A stretch of DNA of 64,000 bases, from contig CALMVO010000018.1 in assembly GCA_937873205.1 (NCBI GenBank), positions 697-64,696 on the forward strand, written 5' to 3'. Below are positions 39,948-49,122 of the stretch, one piece after another. Made by a program: the position numbers and the translations under genes. The first letter of the stretch is position 1; each line of letters starts with the position of its first letter. The stretch is from an uncultured Acetobacteraceae bacterium (GTDB lineage: Bacteria; Pseudomonadota; Alphaproteobacteria; Acetobacterales; Acetobacteraceae). Under the pieces are notes generated by a model that was given only the letters and a program-made list of their open reading frames with translations, did not search any database and was not told the DNA's origin.

Positions 39948-41252
39948 TTACTGCTTCATCGCCAGTGCCGTCTGCAGCAGCTCGTTCGCCGTTGTCACAA
40001 CCTTGGCATTCGCACCATAAGCCTGCTGCGCCGTGATCAGCTTGGAAAGGTCAGTGTCCAGATCGGTCGTGGAGTTCTCGACCGAAGACGTCTCCAGATT
40101 GCCTGCACCGTTTTCACCCGCCAAGGTGAAATTGGCTGCGCCGGATTGTGCTGTCGCCGTAAAGGCTTCGCCATCCTGCGTCTGCAGCGAGTCGGGGCTG
40201 GCAAACATCGCCAGCGGGACTTTGGCGACGAGCTGAGACACTTCGGTGTCGTTGTTCTCGAAGGTCGCCAGGACGCTGCCGTCGGAGGCTATGGTGACAC
40301 CGGAATAGGTACCGCTGGTGACGCTGTCGGTGCTGGCCGTCGTCACCGCTCCAGCGCCGCCTGCCGTAGCCTGGGTGGTGGCCGAGGTGGAACCGATCTG
40401 GCCCAGATTGACCGTCAGTGCCCCAAGCGCGCTCCCGGCCGTGGCCGGGATGCTGAAGCTCGCGTTGGTCCCGCCGGTCGTGTTCGCGGTGCCACCGGCA
40501 GGGGTTATCGAGCTCAACGCGCCGGTCGAGTCGAACTGGACGGTGGCGGTCGTGCTAGGCGTGGCGGCACCGTCCAGGGTCGCCGACACGGTCCAGTTCG
40601 AGTTGCCGTTGTTGGTCCAGGACAGGTCGAGGCTGTGCTCCTTGCCGGCAGAGTCGTAGACCGTCGTGGTCTGGTTGGTCGCGCCGGCCGTGGCAGTACC
40701 GGCGGCCACGGCAGCATCGCTTGGAAGATTGGCGGTTTCAGTCACGGTCGTCGTCTCGGTGGGTCGGAAGGCGATATTCGCGACATTGATCGGCTGGAGC
40801 GTCTTGGTGTTGAGGGCGCCGGTGCTGGGATCGACCGCGTAGCCGTTCAGGTACTCGTTCGAGGAGTTGACGAGGTAGCCGGACTTATCTGCCGTGAAGT
40901 CGCCGTTCCGGGTATAGTAGGCCGTATTCTGGAACGTGGGCGTCGTGCTCGTCGAGCTGCCGTCCTCCTCATCCACCGAGAAGAAGCCCCGCCCAGAAAT
41001 CGCCAACGCCAGCGCGTTCGTTGACGACGTGATCGTACCCTGCGCCTCGTTTTGATATGCTGTCGTTGCGCGTACGGTGCCGTTGGTGCCCTCGGCATCG
41101 GTTGAGGTGACCACATAGTCGGAGAAGTCGGTATCCGTGGCCTTGTAGCCGACGGTCTGGCTGTTCGAGATGTTGTTGCTGATGTCGGTGAAGGCGTGAG
41201 CCTGGGCCGTGAGGCCGCTCACCGCGGTGTTCAAGGCACCAAAGATCGACAT
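39948..41252 (-). CDS. flgE: Flagellar hook protein
   Basis: MSIFGALNTAVSGL, SNNISNSQTVGYK, LAISGRGFF, YTRNGDF, SSVENSTTDL, QQAYGANAKVVTT; GGAG RBS. Confidence 0.94.
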   Translation of the reverse strand: MSIFGALNTAVSGLTAQAHAFTDISNNISNSQTVGYKATDTDFSDYVVTSTDAEGTNGTVRATTAYQNEAQGTITSSTNALALAISGRGFFSVDEEDGSSTSTTPTFQNTAYYTRNGDFTADKSGYLVNSSNEYLNGYAVDPSTGALNTKTLQPINVANIAFRPTETTTVTETANLPSDAAVAAGTATAGATNQTTTVYDSAGKEHSLDLSWTNNGNSNWTVSATLDGAATPSTTATVQFDSTGALSSITPAGGTANTTGGTNASFSIPATAGSALGALTVNLGQIGSTSATTQATAGGAGAVTTASTDSVTSGTYSGVTIASDGSVLATFENNDTEVSQLVAKVPLAMFASPDSLQTQDGEAFTATAQSGAANFTLAGENGAGNLETSSVENSTTDLDTDLSKLITAQQAYGANAKVVTTANELLQTALAMKQ

Positions 41253-41309
41253 GTTCAGGACTCCTGCCGTGCACACCAAGGGGCATGCTTTGCTCTGGAT
41301 CCGACCTCA

Positions 41310-41324
41310 GCAGAAACCATGCCA
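41310..41324 (-). promoter_or_regulatory. Probable sigma54 promoter for flgE
   Basis: Minus strand TGGCATGGTTTCTGC with correct GG/GC spacing, ~58 nt upstream of the ATG; a sigma54 activator (flbD) is in the cluster. Confidence 0.6.
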
Positions 41325-41444
41325 ATGCAATTTCAAGTAGGATCTGCGTCTTGAAGGTGTTTTAGACGTCTGAGCCTGCTCAACCGGTGCCGGCCGGCAG
41401 ATTCTACCCGGCAAGAGCTGCCGCAACGATGCGGATCGGGCGGG

Positions 41445-43160
41445 ATGTCCAGGGATGTAGGCCCTGCTCTCCTGGCCCGCATCTTGCAAAAGCCAGAGCA
41501 GGAGATTTCCGCCATGCCCGCGCTCGCACTTGACCCGACCGCCCCTCCGCCCGGCGGGTACGATGGTGTCGCATCATCATCTGGTAAGCCTTTATCAGAC
41601 GACGGAGACACCGCATCCTTCATGTCCCAATTAGCAGAGGCGGCGCGCGAGAGTAATCCTGCCACAGCACAACCGTTGTCCGCCACGCAATCTTTGCTAC
41701 CCGTTAACGGATCTCCGCTATCCTCCCTTGGAGCACGATTGAATGTCGCGCCGAATTTAGGCCAGATACCAGCCACTCAGTACGACGCGACGGCGACAGT
41801 CGGCAGCAGGTTCATTCAAGGGAGAGAGACGATACCCTCGCCGTCTGCCCAGATCGCGGCCTCCGTTGATCGGAAGCCAGACCTCGTCACTAACCCCGAT
41901 CCGCAAGATCAGGGCGGGTCGCCGATAGCTGCACCCCGTCGGTCCCCTACACCATCGGAAGCGACAGCAAAACGACCCTCAACGCAGACCTCGCATGACA
42001 CGGACGGTCCTCCAGCGGATCCGGCAGCCGCGGCGATGCTGGCGAACGGCCTGATGCCGCAGGGCGCGCCGCCGCCCGTCTTGGAACCGGACGTGCTGAT
42101 CGCGCAACCGGGTCAGAAGGCCACAAAGCCAAGCAGCACGTCGGGAGATGCTGGCGACAGCGCGGTGATCGCCTCAGGGTCGTCAGCCGCAGCGGCCTCT
42201 TCCTTGTCCTCAAGCAGCATGGCAAGTGAAGCGGCAGTCCGAGCAACGGGAACCGCAGGCATCGTATCGAGCGCCTCAGCAGATCCCGCGTCAGACGCTT
42301 CTGTTGCCGATGTCACGTTGACGAGACCCGCTTCCACCGTCGCGGGTGCTGCCACTTTGCCTGGCGAGACCCATTCCCAGCCAACCTCGTCGAAAGCAGA
42401 TCAGATCTCGGCCTCGTTCCAAGACGACTTTCAGACGGCAGCCTCGGTGTCGGAGACTTCCACGATCGCTGACGCCTCTGCCATCAGTCTTCAGCAGCTC
42501 GTGGCCCCAGATGCCGTTCAGACGGCGGTGCTGGGGCGGGACGGGGCCCCGTCGACGGCGATGCAGGCTGCCTCGGCGGCTAATCTGCCGTTGGAACCGA
42601 ATGCCGCTCAGCTAGACACCTCCGGGGCGCTTGGGCAGGTCGGTGCCTCGCTCCTGACGCTTGCCTCGTCCGCCGACGGGGCCCGCCAGATATCGGTTTC
42701 GTTGCACCCAAAGGAACTGGGCGCGGTGCGCGTGCAGTTGGAACTGGCGCCTGATGGCACAACAAAGATCTTGGTCACCGCAAGCGAGCCTGGCACCTTG
42801 CGGAGCCTGATGGCCAACCAGGATCATCTACACGCGGCGCTGGACGCAGCCTCGGTCTCGACGGAAGGCCGCCACCTGAGCTTCGAGCTCGAGTCTGCTT
42901 CCGCCACCACCCATGGGAGCGCCGATGATCCCGGCGGCTCTGGAACCTCACCGGCGGCTGATGGCCAAGCGAGCGCGAACATGTCGGGGTCCAGCCAGTT
43001 TGGCCGGCAGGGCCAGGGCGGCCCGGGCAACGGAAACGCATCCCGCGACTCTACAGGTTCCGCTGGCAACCAGGGCGACAGCGCCGGCTCGCCGCTCCAG
43101 GCCATCAGAACTTTCACCGCTCGCCTGCTGCCGACCGGCAGCATCAACATAACCGCCTGA
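41445..43160 (+). CDS. fliK: Hook-length control protein FliK-like
   Basis: Long Ser/Ala/Pro-rich N-terminus; C-terminal QISVSLHPKELGAVRVQL...LRSLMANQDHLHAALD; precedes flgD; start uncertain. Confidence 0.8.
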   Translation: MSRDVGPALLARILQKPEQEISAMPALALDPTAPPPGGYDGVASSSGKPLSDDGDTASFMSQLAEAARESNPATAQPLSATQSLLPVNGSPLSSLGARLNVAPNLGQIPATQYDATATVGSRFIQGRETIPSPSAQIAASVDRKPDLVTNPDPQDQGGSPIAAPRRSPTPSEATAKRPSTQTSHDTDGPPADPAAAAMLANGLMPQGAPPPVLEPDVLIAQPGQKATKPSSTSGDAGDSAVIASGSSAAAASSLSSSSMASEAAVRATGTAGIVSSASADPASDASVADVTLTRPASTVAGAATLPGETHSQPTSSKADQISASFQDDFQTAASVSETSTIADASAISLQQLVAPDAVQTAVLGRDGAPSTAMQAASAANLPLEPNAAQLDTSGALGQVGASLLTLASSADGARQISVSLHPKELGAVRVQLELAPDGTTKILVTASEPGTLRSLMANQDHLHAALDAASVSTEGRHLSFELESASATTHGSADDPGGSGTSPAADGQASANMSGSSQFGRQGQGGPGNGNASRDSTGSAGNQGDSAGSPLQAIRTFTARLLPTGSINITA

Positions 43161-43179
43161 TCGCCGGAAGGGACACGTC

Positions 43180-43944
43180 ATGAGTGGAACCATCACCTCG
43201 TCTGGAACCTCCAGTTCCACCAGCCTGCTGACGGCGACCGAAGCCGCAGCTAAGGCTGCGAATGCGACCAACACGACCTCCAGCGCCTCGACCACGAGCA
43301 GCAGCAGCGATGCCCTCGCGTCGCTAACCAGCAACTACAATCAGTTCCTGAGCCTGTTGACAGCGCAGTTACAGCATCAGGACCCCACCAGTCCGATGGA
43401 CACCGATAGCTTCACCAGCGAGCTGGCACAATTCGCAGGTGTCGAGCAGCAGATCAACACGAACGCCAACCTAACCCAGCTGCTGTCTCTCAGCCAGGAT
43501 ACCCAGGTCAACCAGAGCACAGCGCTCGTCGGTCGGCAGGCCGTCGCGAACACCACCGAGCTGCCGCTACAGGATGGTTCTGCTGAGCTGCAGCTCAACC
43601 CGACCGCCCCGGGCACGGGGGAAATCGCGATCACGAACAGTGCCGGCACGGTCGTGAAGACACAGGCCCTCAACCTGGCTGCCGGCACGACAAACTGGAG
43701 CTGGAATGGACAGGACGATTCCGGCAATCAGCTGCCCGATGGCACCTACACTGCTGCCGTTTTAAGCTCAGACAGCGCCGGCAACACAACCAGCGTGCCC
43801 TTCAACGTGATCGGGACCATTACCGGAATCAGCAAGGATGGGACCACTGGGGTCAACGTCCAGCTGGGCAGCACCACCGTCGAGATGACGCAGGTGTCGT
43901 CGCTGGTCGGCTCCAGCAGCGCCGGCTCCGATACCACATCCTGA
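43180..43944 (+). CDS. flgD: Hook capping protein
   Basis: FLSLLTAQLQHQDPTSPMD, ELAQFAGVEQQINTN, WSWNGQDDSGNQLPDGTY. Confidence 0.95.
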   Translation: MSGTITSSGTSSSTSLLTATEAAAKAANATNTTSSASTTSSSSDALASLTSNYNQFLSLLTAQLQHQDPTSPMDTDSFTSELAQFAGVEQQINTNANLTQLLSLSQDTQVNQSTALVGRQAVANTTELPLQDGSAELQLNPTAPGTGEIAITNSAGTVVKTQALNLAAGTTNWSWNGQDDSGNQLPDGTYTAAVLSSDSAGNTTSVPFNVIGTITGISKDGTTGVNVQLGSTTVEMTQVSSLVGSSSAGSDTTS

Positions 43945-43954
43945 CTTGTCACCA

Positions 43955-43977
43955 CGCCCGGCAAAAAATGCCGGGCG
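43955..43977 (+). terminator. Hairpin after flgD
   Basis: CGCCCGGCA-AAAAA-TGCCGGGCG, followed by GTT. Confidence 0.55.
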
Positions 43978-43978
43978 G

Positions 43979-43993
43979 TTAACGGTCCGGTAA
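43979..43993. promoter_or_regulatory. Near-consensus CtrA box upstream of fliF
   Basis: TTAA-CGGTCCG-GTAA. Confidence 0.6.
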
Positions 43994-44092
43994 GGCAGGA
44001 AGGGCAAGCTCTCCCTACCGGCAACAGGCCGGTCGTTGGAAAGAGACGATGATCCGGATCCTGCTCTCGGAGCTAACCCCTACGAGACCGTT

Positions 44093-45730
44093 ATGAAGCC
44101 GCTCCTCGAGGGGCTGAAGGGGCTTGGAGCCGCAAAGCTCGGCGCCCTAGGAGCTGTGGCGGTCGGTATTCTCGCCATGCTCGGCGTACTTGTCTCGCAG
44201 GGCGGTGGCCATCAGCAGATGGCTCTTCTCTATGGTGATCTTGACCTGCGCGAGGCCGGTCAAATGGCCGAGCAGCTCGAGAAAGCCCATATTTCGCATG
44301 AACTCGCCGGCCAGGACGACCGGCTTCTGGTCCCGGCCGATGAGGTTGCGACGGCTCGCCTGCTACTTGCCAAAAGTGGCTTGCCGTCGGGCGGTTCGGT
44401 TGGCTACGAGATTTTCGACCGCGGGGACAACCTGACCGCAACGCAGTTCGAGCAAACCATCAACCAGACGCGTGCGCTGGAGGGGGAACTATCGCGCTCG
44501 ATTCGATTGATCAGCGGAGTGCGCGCGGCGCGGGTACATCTGGTACTGCCGCACCGGGAGCCGTTCGCGTCCGAGTCCATGCCGGCCCAGGCGAGCGTCC
44601 TACTCTCAATGGCGGGCGCCGCGCGAATGGACCCGGAGGGAGTTCAGGCAATCATCAACCTCACCGCCGCCGCGGTCCCTGGGTTAAAGCCACAAAACAT
44701 CGCCATCGTCGATAATCGTGGCTCGGTCCTGGCCCGCGCCGGCAATCCCGTGGGCGCAGGCGGCTCGGCACAGAGCGTCGACGAACTTCGCCAAGCCACC
44801 GAACTGCGCCTCGCACGGGCGGTGGAAGAGATGCTGGAGCCATCCCTCGGCGCGGAGCACGTTCGGGCCGAAGCCGCGGTGACCATGAACGTCGATCAGA
44901 TCCGCGAAACCCAGGAGAGTTATGACCCGAACCAGCAGGTTCTCCGCAGTCAGCAGACGGTCTCGGACAAGAACCGCAACAGCGACGGCCAGGCCAACAC
45001 GTCGGTGCAGAACAACCTGCCGAACGCTAATGCCGGCCAGCCGCAGTCCGGCAGCCAGCAGGATCGACAAGAGGAAACTAACAATTACGAGATCGGCAAG
45101 ACCGTCCGCACCCTGATCCAGGACCAGCCGAGACTGGCGCGGATCAGCCTCGCCGTCATGGTCGACGGTACGACGTCGAGCGCAGCCGGCGGTAAGACCA
45201 TCTGGCAGGCGAGGAGCAAGGACGATCTCGACCGGATCTCGGCGCTGGTGAAGAGCGCGATCGGGTTCGACGAGAAGCGCGGGGATACCGTCACCGTAGT
45301 CTCGATGCAATTTGCCACACGCGACCTTCCGGAGGCTCCGGCTCCCTCGGGCCTGCTTGGGCTTCACCTCGGCCGCGACGACATCGTGCATGTCGGCCAG
45401 AACCTGCTCCTTGGAGTGTTCATGCTGTTGGGCCTGATCTTCGTGGTCCGACCCATGATCGTCCGATTGACGGACACGGCGGCATTGCCGGCGCCAGGCC
45501 ACCCGGTCGCACTTGGAGCAGAAGGCAGCGCACGGCCCGCCCTAAGTGGCCCGGCGGGCGTCGGCGGCACCGAAATCGCCCTGCTCGAGGATGAGAGCAT
45601 GATCAGCCTGGCCAACATCGACGGACGACTTCGCGCCGCCTCGATCCGACAAATCGTTGAGCTTGTCGGACGACATCCCGAAGAAAGCTTGACCATTGTC
45701 AGGGGCTGGCTCGCAAAGGAGGCCACGTGA
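44093..45730 (+). CDS. fliF: MS-ring protein
   Basis: [57 protein letters not shown]. Confidence 0.96.
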   Translation: MKPLLEGLKGLGAAKLGALGAVAVGILAMLGVLVSQGGGHQQMALLYGDLDLREAGQMAEQLEKAHISHELAGQDDRLLVPADEVATARLLLAKSGLPSGGSVGYEIFDRGDNLTATQFEQTINQTRALEGELSRSIRLISGVRAARVHLVLPHREPFASESMPAQASVLLSMAGAARMDPEGVQAIINLTAAAVPGLKPQNIAIVDNRGSVLARAGNPVGAGGSAQSVDELRQATELRLARAVEEMLEPSLGAEHVRAEAAVTMNVDQIRETQESYDPNQQVLRSQQTVSDKNRNSDGQANTSVQNNLPNANAGQPQSGSQQDRQEETNNYEIGKTVRTLIQDQPRLARISLAVMVDGTTSSAAGGKTIWQARSKDDLDRISALVKSAIGFDEKRGDTVTVVSMQFATRDLPEAPAPSGLLGLHLGRDDIVHVGQNLLLGVFMLLGLIFVVRPMIVRLTDTAALPAPGHPVALGAEGSARPALSGPAGVGGTEIALLEDESMISLANIDGRLRAASIRQIVELVGRHPEESLTIVRGWLAKEAT

Positions 45731-46731
45731 TGAATCAACAGCAGCTTCCCGGCGTGCAACGCGCCGCAATCCTGATGCTAGCCCTTGGCGAGGAACAGTG
45801 CAGTCAGCTCTTCTCGATGATGCACGAGGAGGAGATCAAGGACATCTCGCTTGCGATGTCGCAGCTGGGTAGCGTGTCGGCTGATACAGTCGAATCCCTC
45901 TGCTCTGAGTTCTCGCAGAGCATCAGCTCGGCCGGGATGCTGGTCGGCAGCTTCGACAGCACCGAGAGGCTGCTACAAAAGTCACTGTCCCGTGAGCGCG
46001 CCTCGCAAATCATGGAAGAAATCCGTGGGCCGGCCGGTCGCACGATGTGGGACAAGCTCGGCAACGTAAACGAAGCTGTGCTGGCTAATTACCTAAAGAA
46101 TGAATATCCCCAAACCGTTGCGGTAGTTCTTGGAAAAGTGCGGCCGAGCCACGCGGCGCGAGTACTGAGCTTGCTACCGGACAGCTTCGCAATGGAAGTT
46201 GTCATGCGGATGTTAAGAATGGAAAGCGTTCAGAAAGACGTGCTCGATAGCGTAGAGAAGACACTGCGATCGGAGTTCATGTCGAACCTAGCGCGGAGCA
46301 CCAAGCGTGACAGTCATGAGCTGATTGCTGAGATCTTCAATAATCTCGACCGCCAGGTCGAGGGCCGCTTCATGACGGCACTTGAGGAGCGTAACCGTGA
46401 GGCTGCGGAACGTGTGAAGTCGCTGATGTTCACCTTCGACGATCTGGCTAGGCTGACACCGGACGCCGTTCAGAAACTCATGCGTGCGGTCGAGAAGGAA
46501 AAGCTACCGATTGCACTGAAGGGCGCCTCCGAGGATATCCGGACGCTCTTCCTCGGCTGCCTGTCGGAGCGCGCCGGCAAGCTGCTGCGCGACGACATCG
46601 CGGCACTTGGGCCCGTCCGGCTTCGTGACGTCGACGAAGCGCAGTCGCAGATCGTTCTGATCGCCAAGGAGCTCGGTGCTCAGGGTGAAATCGAGCTTAA
46701 CGAGCGTCAAGACGAGCAGATGGTGGCGTAA
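45727..46731 (+). CDS. fliG: Motor switch protein
   Basis: [50 protein letters not shown]. Confidence 0.97.
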   Translation: MMNQQQLPGVQRAAILMLALGEEQCSQLFSMMHEEEIKDISLAMSQLGSVSADTVESLCSEFSQSISSAGMLVGSFDSTERLLQKSLSRERASQIMEEIRGPAGRTMWDKLGNVNEAVLANYLKNEYPQTVAVVLGKVRPSHAARVLSLLPDSFAMEVVMRMLRMESVQKDVLDSVEKTLRSEFMSNLARSTKRDSHELIAEIFNNLDRQVEGRFMTALEERNREAAERVKSLMFTFDDLARLTPDAVQKLMRAVEKEKLPIALKGASEDIRTLFLGCLSERAGKLLRDDIAALGPVRLRDVDEAQSQIVLIAKELGAQGEIELNERQDEQMVA

Positions 46732-46732
46732 G

Positions 46733-47404
46733 ATGCGATCCCGTTCACCCGCCGGCGTCCTCTATGCGGAGGATTTCGACGACCCGCAACCGGTCGTGGA
46801 GCTTGCGCGACCGTCCGCACCACCAGCGGAACCGATCGTCATCGATCCGACCTTCAGCTTGGCAGACCTCCATCGAGCGGCCGAACGCGCGCAAGAGGAA
46901 GGCCGCGCGCTGGCCCATCAGGAGGCCGAACTCGCCACGACCGCGCTTCGGGCGGCTGCCCTTTCTGAGATCGCATCGGCGCTGCAACGGAGCCGGAACG
47001 ATCTTGAAGCGGTCGCCGAGCGGTCGGCATGCGCCACGGCAAGCACGCTTCTGGCCATGATGGCGTCCCTGTTGCCGGCCTTTGCGCGCTCGCAGGCTCC
47101 GGACGAGACGGCAGCACTGCTCCGTCTGCTGCTTCCGGCGATGTTGCATGAACCCGATCTCAGCATTCGAGTTCATCCCGCAGTGGCCGATGGCTTGCGC
47201 CAGGACCTTGCAGCACTTCTGGCTGGCCAGACGAACGTGACCTGGGTCACGTCCGACAGCATGGAGCCCGGTGACGTCAGCGTGCGCTGGAACGGCGGCA
47301 CGATGGTGCGCGACACGACGGCCTTGTGCGCCCAGGTCGCGGCCCTCGTCATGCCGCACAAGACGCCGTCCGACACCAACCAGGAGAGCCAAGATGGCCA
47401 ATGA
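46733..47404 (+). CDS. fliH: Flagellar assembly protein FliH-like
   Basis: Position between fliG and fliN; LYAEDFD, EPDLSIRVHP, GDVSVRWNGG. Confidence 0.75.
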   Translation: MRSRSPAGVLYAEDFDDPQPVVELARPSAPPAEPIVIDPTFSLADLHRAAERAQEEGRALAHQEAELATTALRAAALSEIASALQRSRNDLEAVAERSACATASTLLAMMASLLPAFARSQAPDETAALLRLLLPAMLHEPDLSIRVHPAVADGLRQDLAALLAGQTNVTWVTSDSMEPGDVSVRWNGGTMVRDTTALCAQVAALVMPHKTPSDTNQESQDGQ

Positions 47405-47717
47405 GATCGATCTCGCAGAACTCGCCGAGTCGCCAATGCCGCAGGATAACGGCGCGCCGCGCAGCGCGCAGGACCTAGAGGCTGTCTACGACATCCCGGT
47501 CACGGTGAGCGCCGTTTTGGGTAAGTCAACGATGCAGGTGAGCCAGCTGCTGAAGCTCGGTCGCGGCGCCGTGGTCGAACTCGATCGCAAGCTCGGCGAG
47601 GCGATCGATATCTACGTGAATAACCGCCTTATTGCGCGCGGGGAGGTGGTGATGGTCGACGACAATCGTCTCGGCGTCACAATGACGGAGATCATCAAGT
47701 CTGAGCGCGGCTTCTGA
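47394..47717 (+). CDS. fliN: Motor switch protein
   Basis: DLEAVYDIPVTVSAVLGK, LDRKLGEAIDIYVNNRLIARGEVV, LGVTMTEI. Confidence 0.96.
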   Translation: MANEIDLAELAESPMPQDNGAPRSAQDLEAVYDIPVTVSAVLGKSTMQVSQLLKLGRGAVVELDRKLGEAIDIYVNNRLIARGEVVMVDDNRLGVTMTEIIKSERGF

Positions 47718-47757
47718 TCATGTGGCCGATCTCCAACCTTTCGAGCGGATCCACAGC

Positions 47758-49119
47758 ATGCGCGTCCTGATCATCGGCTCGCTTGGCGGTGAACTCGGCA
47801 AGGCCGCGCAGATCGCGACCGCTCGCGGCGCGCAGCTCGACCATGCGGACGACATCGGCAGCGGGCTGGCCCATTTGCGCCGCAATGGCCGCTTCAACCT
47901 TGTGCTGTGCGAACTTGGCATGCCGATCGCCGAGCTGGTGCAAGGCCTGTTGCGCGAGCGGATCGCCGTGCCGGTGGTGGCCTGTGGCGCCGAGGACGAT
48001 CCGGACGCAGCCGTGCGAGCCGTCCGCGATGGTGCGCAGGATTTCCTGCCCCTGCCACCTGATCCTGAGCTCATTGCGGCCATGCTGCAGGCGGCGTCGG
48101 GCGAAAGCCATGCGCTGATTGCTCGAGACCCAGCGATGCTGGCCACTATCCGCGGTGCCGAGCAGGTCGCGCGTTCGGATGCATCGGTGCTGATCACCGG
48201 GGAGTCCGGGACCGGCAAGGAGATCATGGCGCGGCACATTCATCGCCGCTCTCGGCGCGCAAACGGCCCCTTCATCGCGCTCAACTGCGCCGCGATCCCC
48301 GAGCACCTGCTGGAGTCGGAGATGTTCGGCCATGAGAAGGGCGCCTTCAGCGGCGCCGTGGCTCGGCGGATCGGCCGTTTCGAGTCGGCCGAGGGCGGCA
48401 CTTTGCTGCTCGACGAGGTCAGCGAAATGGACATCCGGCTGCAGGCGAAACTGCTGCGGGCGATCCAGGAGCGCGAGATCGATCGCCTCGGCGGGCAAAG
48501 CCCAGTGCGCGTGGACGTGCGCATCTTGGCGACGAGCAACCGCGATCTCGGCACGGCAGTCGGTTCGGGCCGCTTCCGCGAGGATCTCTATTTCCGGCTG
48601 AACGTCGTTGGCATCGAGATCCCGCCGCTGCGTGACAGACCAGGTGATATCGCGGTCCTGGCCGCCCACTACGCACGCCATTACGCGCAGACAAATGGGA
48701 TCCAGACCCATCTCCTGTCGGACGCGGCCCTTGATCGGCTAAGCCGGCATGCCTGGCGCGGCAACGTGCGGGAGCTCGAGAACGTCATGCACCGTGCGGT
48801 GCTGCTGGCGGACGGACCACTCATTGAGCCGGCCCATCTCGGCCTTGCCGCGGCAAAGACAGCTGAGCCGGCGTCCGCGACGACAGTCGATACGAGGCCT
48901 GCCGGCGACGTCGCGGGATTTGTTGGACGGCGCATCGAAGAGGTCGAGCAGGCCCTCATCCTGGGTACGCTGCACAGCACTGCGGGCAACCGGACCCATG
49001 CTGCGACCATCCTTGGGATCTCGATCCGGGCTTTGCGCAACAAGCTGCGCGATTATGCAAGCCAGGGGGTGGCGGTACCTGCACCCCTCGCCGGTCTCGG
49101 CAACGGCGTGGCGGCCTGA
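47758..49119 (+). CDS. flbD: Sigma54-dependent flagellar activator FlbD
   Basis: Receiver-like N-terminus, GESGTGKE, NCAAIP, GHEKGAFSGA, LLDEVSE, WRGNVRELEN, C-terminal HTH GNRTHAA. Confidence 0.9.
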   Translation: MRVLIIGSLGGELGKAAQIATARGAQLDHADDIGSGLAHLRRNGRFNLVLCELGMPIAELVQGLLRERIAVPVVACGAEDDPDAAVRAVRDGAQDFLPLPPDPELIAAMLQAASGESHALIARDPAMLATIRGAEQVARSDASVLITGESGTGKEIMARHIHRRSRRANGPFIALNCAAIPEHLLESEMFGHEKGAFSGAVARRIGRFESAEGGTLLLDEVSEMDIRLQAKLLRAIQEREIDRLGGQSPVRVDVRILATSNRDLGTAVGSGRFREDLYFRLNVVGIEIPPLRDRPGDIAVLAAHYARHYAQTNGIQTHLLSDAALDRLSRHAWRGNVRELENVMHRAVLLADGPLIEPAHLGLAAAKTAEPASATTVDTRPAGDVAGFVGRRIEEVEQALILGTLHSTAGNRTHAATILGISIRALRNKLRDYASQGVAVPAPLAGLGNGVAA

Positions 49120-49122
49120 TCG

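Noticed and set aside
47717-47758. Absence of motA between fliN and flbD, and of flgB/C/F/G and fliP/Q/R, as evidence of a non-functional flagellum
   Set aside because: Flagellar genes are commonly split over several loci in this group, so absence from a 64-kb window is uninformative.
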